A DNA stretch of 64,000 nt, from positions 831 to 64,830 of the IMG/VR virus record IMGVR_UViG_3300033074_001631; one strand, given 5' to 3'. Both the position numbers and the translations under genes were made by a program. The DNA comes from a virus. Its lineage: Duplodnaviria > Caudoviricetes. Position 1 is the first letter of the stretch. The number at the start of each line of letters is the position of its first letter. Shown here in pieces: positions 57,592-64,000 of the stretch. The notes under the pieces were generated by a model. That model ran no database searches. It was not told where the DNA came from and saw only the letters and a program-made list of their open reading frames with translations.

Positions 57592-58862
57592 CTATTTATT
57601 ATATTATTTATAGTATTTTCATCTATAGGTTCATTCATAGATATTTTTATTCCATTGTCTTTAATAAAAATCTCTTTAGATAATAATGAATTTAAATCCC
57701 CCAACAATTTATTTATATTAACCGTTAACTCACTAGAAGCTATATTAACTTGAGCTTGAGGAACTTGTGGTAATATTTCTGAAATAGTGCTCAATGATAT
57801 AGCTACTTTATTTAGGGATTTTAACAAAGATGATAAAAAATCAATAGTTTTATTTCCTAATAAAGCAGCTTGATTAGCGTTTTTATCACCTAAATATATT
57901 TTATTTTTACAAGATAATATTATATTGTTGGAATATATATTAGAATCTTCAATAGAATTTAAATCAATTCCTTTATTAGAACTTAATAAAATATGATCTG
58001 TTTTTGAATTAAATAATAATCTCCCAGAAGCAATAATTATTTGATTTTTATTGTATTCTTTAGGATTTTCTGGGAATGGAGATTTGTAATTAGAATAATT
58101 TGAAGAAGCTGGAATTATAGGAATTTTTTGGGTTGAGGTTAAATATATAGATGATTCATCTTTATTAATATCTTCTAACACAGGAACCCAACCTTCATTA
58201 TTTTGTGAACCTTGTCCGTTTTTCAATATTATTATAGGATCTCCATTTTTACCACTATTTGACCAAAAATTATTCTTCAATACTGTACTCCCAAATCTTA
58301 AACTATTTCCCCACCTTCCTTCATATATTACATCCCCTTCAAAAGGTAATAAGGGATGAATGTTTGATTTTTCTTCAAAAGTATTTCCTAATTTTATTTC
58401 AGTAGGATTATTATTAGTTTTTTTATTATTTCCTATCTGTGTTTGGTTATAGTTTTGATTTTGTGATAATGGGTTTTCATTAGGATATTCAGGATATCCA
58501 TTATGATGAGGATGATTCCATATTCCTATAATATTTAAATAATAGACTTGTGAAGAATTAGTTGAATCACTTAAACCATAATCAGGTAAAGACATAACAT
58601 AAACTATCTCATTTATCAATGGATAATTTTTAATGTTGGGAAGCAAAGGTTTAGCAATTGGAAAATTTTGTTTTCCAGAAGAAGGGGCCTGTACAGAATC
58701 ATATTCTATACTTCCTAATGAATTCCATTCCCCCAATTCTTTGAATCTAGGGTGATTTTGATTTAATATAATGCTTTTTACTCTTACAGCATTTATTAAT
58801 TTATTGTTTAATAAAGATGAAATTTGTTCATTAGAAAATTGATCTTTTAATATAGATAACAT
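57588..58862 (-). CDS. Baseplate hub / central spike protein (gp5-like, no lysozyme domain seen)
   Basis: OB-like N-terminus YPLINEIV; EGRWGNSLRFG; beta-helix-type C-terminus. Confidence 0.6.
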   Translation of the reverse strand: MLSILKDQFSNEQISSLLNNKLINAVRVKSIILNQNHPRFKELGEWNSLGSIEYDSVQAPSSGKQNFPIAKPLLPNIKNYPLINEIVYVMSLPDYGLSDSTNSSQVYYLNIIGIWNHPHHNGYPEYPNENPLSQNQNYNQTQIGNNKKTNNNPTEIKLGNTFEEKSNIHPLLPFEGDVIYEGRWGNSLRFGSTVLKNNFWSNSGKNGDPIIILKNGQGSQNNEGWVPVLEDINKDESSIYLTSTQKIPIIPASSNYSNYKSPFPENPKEYNKNQIIIASGRLLFNSKTDHILLSSNKGIDLNSIEDSNIYSNNIILSCKNKIYLGDKNANQAALLGNKTIDFLSSLLKSLNKVAISLSTISEILPQVPQAQVNIASSELTVNINKLLGDLNSLLSKEIFIKDNGIKISMNEPIDENTINNIINS

Positions 58863-59209
58863 TATCTTTTATTTTTTTCTATATTTTCTATTTCATCTAA
58901 TAATTTTTGTTTTTCTTCTTCAGACATATTATAATCGTTACCCCCTTCTGATGATGAAGAACTTTGTATAGCTTTTTGAATAATATTAGCCATCTTTATT
59001 AATTGTTCATCATTTTTTACTCCTACATCTAAATATTCTTTTATCAAAGGAACTAATAATGTAGCATCTCCTATATCATTTATCAAAGGTTTTAATTCAC
59101 TTATTAAAGAAGAAATTTGGGTTTCTTTCTTTTTTTGATTATTATATATTTCTTTTAAAATATCTGAAAATTTTTTTTGTCCAAATATTAATTTATCTAA
59201 TGCAGACAT
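58862..59209 (-). CDS. Hypothetical helical protein
   Basis: 115 aa; late-type motif upstream. Confidence 0.6.
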   Translation of the reverse strand: MSALDKLIFGQKKFSDILKEIYNNQKKKETQISSLISELKPLINDIGDATLLVPLIKEYLDVGVKNDEQLIKMANIIQKAIQSSSSSEGGNDYNMSEEEKQKLLDEIENIEKNKR

Positions 59210-59227
59210 GTTTTTATTATAAATACA

Positions 59228-60115
59228 TTAATGGTCAAAATCTATATAGCCATTTTCCAAATAAAATGAATAATTCTTTTTAAAAATATCTTTTAATTTA
59301 GCAGCTACTTTAGTAATTTTAGGGGTTTTTACATCTACCATTTCTCTAATATATATGTATAGGGCTTTTTTATTAAATACATCTATGTTTTCTCTTTTTC
59401 TGAATATTTCTAATATAGCATCTGCTATTTTAGAAGATTCATCTGCAGGAATTATGTATCTTTCTGGAGGGAAAAGGGTATATATATTTTTAGTACAATA
59501 TTCTACATAAGAATCAACAAATTTCGACAACTTGTCTCCTTTGTATTTTTGATCTTCTAATGAATAAGAATAAGATTCACTAGATTTTAAATCTTCTAAA
59601 GATGATTTTTCTAATAATTTTTTATAATTTTTTTCATTATATATTATAAGCCAGTTTTTTACTATAGTTCCAAAATAAGAATAGGCTTTAGGGTAATTAA
59701 TTTTATTCTTAATATTCCAAGTATCTAAAGTTTTAATATAATTTTCTATGTCAGTTTGATCAAAAAATATTTTATCTTTTACAAAATTCAAAAATCCATC
59801 ATTATATTTTTCCCCCAAATATTCTCTAAATTTATTATTTACAGAAATCTTTGGTTTATACATATGAAGTTTTTCTTCTATTAAAACAGTAATTATCTCA
59901 TGTTTTAAGTCATCTAGATTTTCAACTTCTGTATAATAAAACTTAAAAGTATGGATTAAATTTTCTGCTAATTTATATAAAGCATAATATATTTTTTCTT
60001 CAAAAAGTTTACTTTTTTCTTTAAAATCTGAAGAATTATTATATAATATTATAGCATTTTCTGTATCTTTAGTAAAATAATTTTTATTTTGAGCTTTAGT
60101 TTTTACATCATTCAT
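59228..60115 (-). CDS. Phage sigma factor (T4 gp55-like late sigma)
   Basis: NYFTK...LAENLIHTFKF...DLKHEII...LHMY...KAYSYFGTIVKN parallels sigma region 2 of gp55. Confidence 0.6.
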   Translation of the reverse strand: MNDVKTKAQNKNYFTKDTENAIILYNNSSDFKEKSKLFEEKIYYALYKLAENLIHTFKFYYTEVENLDDLKHEIITVLIEEKLHMYKPKISVNNKFREYLGEKYNDGFLNFVKDKIFFDQTDIENYIKTLDTWNIKNKINYPKAYSYFGTIVKNWLIIYNEKNYKKLLEKSSLEDLKSSESYSYSLEDQKYKGDKLSKFVDSYVEYCTKNIYTLFPPERYIIPADESSKIADAILEIFRKRENIDVFNKKALYIYIREMVDVKTPKITKVAAKLKDIFKKNYSFYLENGYIDFDH

Positions 60116-60384
60116 ATTTTTATTAAAAGTTTTTTGATTTCACTATGCAAAAACTTTATATAATTAAAAAACCAACCTATTTCATCATCTGAACTAAATC
60201 TTTGATGCATGTCTAATTCATGTAGTTTTTTTTCAGATTGAATAAATAATTTGTTTAAATTATTCAAAACTTCTATATTATTAGTTATAATATCTTCTCT
60301 ATTTTCTAGTTTTCTTAAAGTATTAAAAGTAGTAAAAATAAAAACACCTAATAATATAGATAAAATAATAATCGTTAATATCAT
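60112..60384 (-). CDS. Small membrane-anchored protein
   Basis: N-terminal TM helix; SDDEIGWFF motif. Confidence 0.6.
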   Translation of the reverse strand: MILTIIILSILLGVFIFTTFNTLRKLENREDIITNNIEVLNNLNKLFIQSEKKLHELDMHQRFSSDDEIGWFFNYIKFLHSEIKKLLIKI

Positions 60385-61142
60385 AAGTCTTCCATTAAAG
60401 ATTTTAAATTGTTACTGCCTACAGATTTTAAAGCCTTTTGATTAAGAGAAGGTTTTGTTTCTGGTTTAATCTTGGTTTTGGTTTCTGAGGAATTAAATTT
60501 AGGTAACCATTCCCTCTCAAATTCTATTCTTGCAGCCATCAAATCAGCTTGATGTAATATATAAGGCAAACTATTTCTGGGTTTTTGTTCAGGTTGAAAC
60601 CCCATTAAATATTTTTTATTTCCTTCATCATATATCCCATCATGTGTTTGGATAGCAATCATTTCATTAAATGTATAGTTAATTCCATTTGACTGAAGTA
60701 AAAACAGTCCTCTATCTGGGACTGAAGCAAAAGGTAAAAATGTATTAAAAGTATAATCTTCTCCTAATTTTTCTTTTCTCCAAGAATCAGTCTGAGGTAT
60801 ATATGATTCGTTGGTTTCATCCCCCATTTTTCCTAAATCATGATTTAATGCTGAGAATATTAATTCTTCTTGAGTAAAAAGAGTAACATCAGAACCCATT
60901 TTTTCCCATAATTTATATAAAGAAATAGAACATTCTATTACTCTTAAAACATGCTCAACATACCCTCCAGGAAAAGCATTATGGTATTCTTTTTTATGAG
61001 AGGCGGGCATTAACATTAGTCTTTCTTCATACTTTTTATAAAATTCTAAAAGTTTAGTTTTTCTTGGTTCTGAGATTGTTTCTTTTATTATATCTAATAA
61101 TTTTACCCAATTTTGACTAATTTGTTCTGCTGTCAATTTCAT
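60381..61142 (-). CDS. HD-domain phosphohydrolase (YhaM-like)
   Basis: HNAFPGGYVEH, NHDLGK, HDG and LHQAD motifs. Confidence 0.85.
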   Translation of the reverse strand: MKLTAEQISQNWVKLLDIIKETISEPRKTKLLEFYKKYEERLMLMPASHKKEYHNAFPGGYVEHVLRVIECSISLYKLWEKMGSDVTLFTQEELIFSALNHDLGKMGDETNESYIPQTDSWRKEKLGEDYTFNTFLPFASVPDRGLFLLQSNGINYTFNEMIAIQTHDGIYDEGNKKYLMGFQPEQKPRNSLPYILHQADLMAARIEFEREWLPKFNSSETKTKIKPETKPSLNQKALKSVGSNNLKSLMEDL

Positions 61143-61336
61143 AATTTATTTATTTCTTCTGGTGAAAAGGGCTGAGTGTGTACAAATGATTTAAGTTCTT
61201 CTATTAAATCCATAGTTTCAGAAAGTGTTTTTGTAAATTCTTCTACTGGAGTTTGTCTGTTGACCATAAAGTTTAATTTGTTAACCTTTGATTCTAGGTT
61301 ATCCATTTTATTCAAAATTAATTCTCTGTTTCTCAT
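61139..61336 (-). CDS. Hypothetical protein
   Basis: 65-aa ORF at the head of the operon. Confidence 0.6.
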   Translation of the reverse strand: MRNRELILNKMDNLESKVNKLNFMVNRQTPVEEFTKTLSETMDLIEELKSFVHTQPFSPEEINKL

Positions 61337-61408
61337 AATATTGTTATTTTAATATAGTTTATCATATAATTATTTATATGTAGTTATTAAATAGTATATT
61401 ATGTAGTC

Positions 61409-61500
61409 TAACCCATAATACCTTACACCCCTGTAGTATCTTACACCCCTCTGTAACCCAACCCATATACCTACCCTGTTGTTACCCTTACCCCCCCTGT
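61409..61500. repeat. C-tract (G-tract on minus strand) low-complexity island with CTTACACCCCT direct repeat
   Basis: Eight runs of 3 or more C in about 90 bp; CTTACACCCCT at 61422 and 61440. Confidence 0.8.
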
Positions 61501-61576
61501 GGGATGTATTATAATAAAAAATTTTCAAAAATCCAAGCTAAGTTAAAAAGATTTTTTTAATATTTATTATAAAAAG

Positions 61577-62047
61577 ATGAAGGATTCACTATTAATTGTT
61601 TTATTATTGTTAATTTCAGGAATAATAATGATGACTCCTAATGATAACACGCTCTATAAAAATCAAAACCCTTTAATATTAAGTAATGATTCTGTTTTTA
61701 ATATACAAAACATTAAAGTAGAATCCAACAATTATTTAAAATTATATTATAAAGATAATATATCTTCAAAAATTTACCCTAAATCAGGCCCTCCTATTGA
61801 TTCTTATTGTACTGATTCTACTTTAATAACTTTTGTTTTTAAAAATTCAGTAGAACCTAATCTAAAAATTTGGAGTACCAAAAAAATGAGTTGTTTAATA
61901 TCTGCTGTTTTTTATTTAGATTATAATAACAGTTCAAAATTGAAAACTATTCCTATAGATTCGATATATGTTTTTAACCAAATAACATACAACGAATATA
62001 AATTTAAAGTTAAACAACCGTATTATTTTCGTGCAATAGAATTATAA
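61577..62047 (+). CDS. Secreted / membrane-anchored hypothetical protein (only convincing plus-strand gene)
   Basis: 156 aa, hydrophobic N-terminus; fills an otherwise empty gap. Confidence 0.7.
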   Translation: MKDSLLIVLLLLISGIIMMTPNDNTLYKNQNPLILSNDSVFNIQNIKVESNNYLKLYYKDNISSKIYPKSGPPIDSYCTDSTLITFVFKNSVEPNLKIWSTKKMSCLISAVFYLDYNNSSKLKTIPIDSIYVFNQITYNEYKFKVKQPYYFRAIEL

Positions 62048-62137
62048 TCGTTTATAACTTTTATATATTTTCATATATGAATTTTCTAACCAAATTCAAT
62101 ACCTGATGCGATCTTTTGTATATTAATTTAATATACG

Positions 62138-62548
62138 TTATATAGCGCTTAAGATATTGGTTAAAAAAGCACATTTTTCGTATTCTTCTCTTAGTTCAAA
62201 ATGTTTTATTGATTTATTTATACATTCTTTTAATAGTGAATCTCCAAATGCTTTTATTATTTCTTTAATTTTAGAATCTTTTATATCTATTTCAAACAAA
62301 TAACTATAAGCTTTGTTGTATAAAATTTTTTCTCCTAATAAAAGAATGGTTTCTTTATCTAGATCAGGATTTTGTTCTTGTAGCGTTGTATGTAAATTAA
62401 AATTATAATTTTTTATATTTGATATTATTTTTTTAAATTTACCTATATTAAACAAAGGATGATTATATATATCTATAAAGTTATCTTCTTCGGGAGAATC
62501 AGGATTTAAAAATAAATCAAATATTTGATCTGTATTCATTTTTTCCAA
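62138..62548 (-). CDS. Hypothetical protein with a UvrB/C-like C-terminal motif
   Basis: FELREEYEKCA motif. Confidence 0.6.
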   Translation of the reverse strand: MEKMNTDQIFDLFLNPDSPEEDNFIDIYNHPLFNIGKFKKIISNIKNYNFNLHTTLQEQNPDLDKETILLLGEKILYNKAYSYLFEIDIKDSKIKEIIKAFGDSLLKECINKSIKHFELREEYEKCAFLTNILSAI

Positions 62549-62619
62549 TAAATATGGGTATGTCTAAGAAAAAAATATTTTTCCTAAACATACCCATTTT
62601 ATTTATTTTGTTAAAAAAA

Positions 62620-63078
62620 CTATCTACATTGATAATCAGCTGCTCTTGTTGCTATTTGGTCTTCAAACTTAATGTTTACTCTATAACCAGAAGATTTAGC
62701 CCATCCTTTAGAAGCAGATATCAATTTGTGAGAAGGAGCAGATTCTTCTGGGTTAAAATCCATATCTATAGTTATTTTTAAACTAGGGATGTTTTTAGAC
62801 AATAAATCTGCTATTTCCATACTAAGTTCAGTTTCTTTCCATAACCTAGTCCATATGTCGTTTATTCTAGGGATTAGGGTTTTTTTGTATATGTAATGAA
62901 CCCCATTATTAGGAAATCTAAAAGCTATAACAGTTGCATAACTTATAAATCTACCTTTTACTTGAGAATCAGTACCTATATAAACCTGAACAAAAGGATT
63001 TTCTTTTATAGTTTTGATTGTATGCGAAACAGGAAGTACTTTTTTTCCTTCCAAAGTTTTAAAAAAGAGATTTTCCAT
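62620..63078 (-). CDS. RNase H-fold protein (YkuK/DUF458-like)
   Basis: YIGTDSQ, RLWKETELS, IDMDFN and AAD motifs. Confidence 0.8.
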   Translation of the reverse strand: MENLFFKTLEGKKVLPVSHTIKTIKENPFVQVYIGTDSQVKGRFISYATVIAFRFPNNGVHYIYKKTLIPRINDIWTRLWKETELSMEIADLLSKNIPSLKITIDMDFNPEESAPSHKLISASKGWAKSSGYRVNIKFEDQIATRAADYQCR

Positions 63079-63294
63079 TTAGTCTTTTTTAGGTCCAACA
63101 TATATTACTTTGGTATATTCATGACTTGATAAGTAATAATGTCCTTTTTTTTCATAAACTGTTACCCCCCCACCTTCATTATATACTTCCCAAGCTTTAA
63201 CTTGATTGCCGTCTTTCATATATATTACATATTTATATGTTGGATAATTACAACCAAACAGTAAAACAATTAATGATAAAAATATTTTTTTCAT
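63079..63294 (-). CDS. Small lipoprotein (start re-called to 63294)
   Basis: MKKIFLSLIVLLFGC lipobox; the longer track ORF would overlap the tRNA. Confidence 0.6.
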   Translation of the reverse strand: MKKIFLSLIVLLFGCNYPTYKYVIYMKDGNQVKAWEVYNEGGGVTVYEKKGHYYLSSHEYTKVIYVGPKKD

Positions 63295-63309
63295 AGTAGA
63301 TAATATATG

Positions 63310-63383
63310 TACTTTTGGTAGGATTCGAACCCACATTTTCTGATCCGTAGTCAGAGGTTTTTATCCAGTTAAACTACAAAAGT
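63310..63383 (-). tRNA. tRNA-Arg (anticodon ACG)
   Basis: Acceptor ACTTTTG/CAAAAGT, D-stem GTTT/AAAC, anticodon arm TCTGA-CTACGGA-TCAGA, T-arm GTGGG-TTCGAAT-CCTAC; no encoded CCA. Confidence 0.88.
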
Positions 63384-63391
63384 ATACTTTG

Positions 63392-63478
63392 CGGAAGGTA
63401 GAGGGATCGAACCTCATTTTATATTTCAAAACATCACGCTTAGCAGGCGGATCCTATCTCCGTTTAGGTTTACCTTCC
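63392..63478 (-). tRNA. tRNA-Ser (anticodon GCT), long variable arm
   Basis: Acceptor GGAAGGT/ACCTTCC, discriminator G, loop CTGCTAA, T-loop TTCGATC; anticodon and T stems have mismatches. Confidence 0.75.
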
Positions 63479-63511
63479 TTTAAAAAAGGGGACTGTTAAT
63501 CCCCTTAGTAA

Positions 63512-64000
63512 TTAGATATTTATTAATTCTATCTCTTTCAACAATATTGAAACATCAATTTCTGCTTTTTTTATCATCTCATAAATATCAGCAGAATACC
63601 CAAACAATTGAATCAATTTTTTTCCAGGTTTAAACATTGTAGTTCCGTAACCTTGAATATCTATAGTGTAGATAAAAGGTTCACCATATTTAGTTTTATA
63701 GGTTTGATAAGAACTATTTGAAATTATACTATCTCCACCTTGTAAGTCAGAAATAATAAAAATTCTATCATACTGTCCATCTAGCGCTCTGAATATAGAA
63801 TCAAAAGAAGTTCCATGTCCTACTTTTCCTGTTTGGTTTAATCCTATGTTTTTAATAGTATTTATACTATCTCCTGGATTATATTTTATTTGAGCACAAG
63901 TTGAAGCAAACTGATATAAATCAGCTCCTATTCCTTTAGCTAAAGTAGCACCAATTAATGCGGCTTTTTCAATTGGAGATTTATTGATTTTTTTACCATT
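63512..64000 (-). CDS. TROVE/Ro60-like protein, C-terminal vWA part (partial; not in ORF track)
   Basis: Open frame from the window end: ...GHGTSFDSIF...RIFIISDLQG...IDIQGYGTTMF...QLFGYSADIY...*. Confidence 0.6.
   Translation of the reverse strand, partial: NGKKINKSPIEKAALIGATLAKGIGADLYQFASTCAQIKYNPGDSINTIKNIGLNQTGKVGHGTSFDSIFRALDGQYDRIFIISDLQGGDSIISNSSYQTYKTKYGEPFIYTIDIQGYGTTMFKPGKKLIQLFGYSADIYEMIKKAEIDVSILLKEIELINI

Noticed and set aside
58862-59209. Terminase small subunit
   Set aside because: Size and helicity fit, but no diagnostic motif is recognisable and it lies far from the large subunit; left as hypothetical.
61350-61460. 30-aa minus-strand ORF (MGWVTEGCKILQGCKVL...) across the G-tract island
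   Set aside because: Short, with composition atypical for this genome and no translation signal; more likely a by-product of the repeat.
62136-62146. Isolated CGTTATATAG resembling a cassette start
   Set aside because: No matching CTATATAAC or hairpin downstream.
351-63129. Most plus-strand ORFs in the track (e.g. 4056..4301, 9172..9483, 10488..10761, 13797..14162, 35240..35677, 54863..55189)
   Set aside because: They are antisense shadows of well-supported minus-strand genes, with low-complexity composition.
1-64000. Stop-codon reassignment
   Set aside because: Long core genes are uninterrupted under the standard code; TAG, TGA and TAA all end genes; no suppressor tRNA was seen.

Overview
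Very AT-rich, almost entirely minus-strand segment of a large T4-like myophage genome. It has no host housekeeping genes. Bacteroidota-type promoters and the lack of Shine-Dalgarno motifs suggest a Bacteroidota host. The window holds head, packaging, neck and baseplate genes (gp13/14/15-, gp23-, gp22-, gp21-, gp20-, gp17-, gp6- and gp25-like), primase, an exonuclease, a gp55-like sigma factor, PhoH, a PSD-like decarboxylase, an amidinotransferase, homing endonucleases, an intein, two tRNAs and a partial TROVE/Ro60-like gene. The main finding is an integron-like system at 6434-11281: an intact tyrosine recombinase with an IntI-type N-terminus but no IntI I2 insertion, an attI-like 7-5-7 site, and nine tandem gene cassettes closed by attC-like hairpins. 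Each cassette's GTTA-start is complementary to its own distal TAAC-end, as expected of units that circularise. All cassette ORFs are inverted relative to the attC sites. A second theme is a set of apparent capsid-packaged cargo proteins and polyproteins that share a scaffold-like RMxKLAG motif and putative prohead-protease (L/I/V)xE cleavage sites. All protein calls come from motif reading by eye; no database searches were run.
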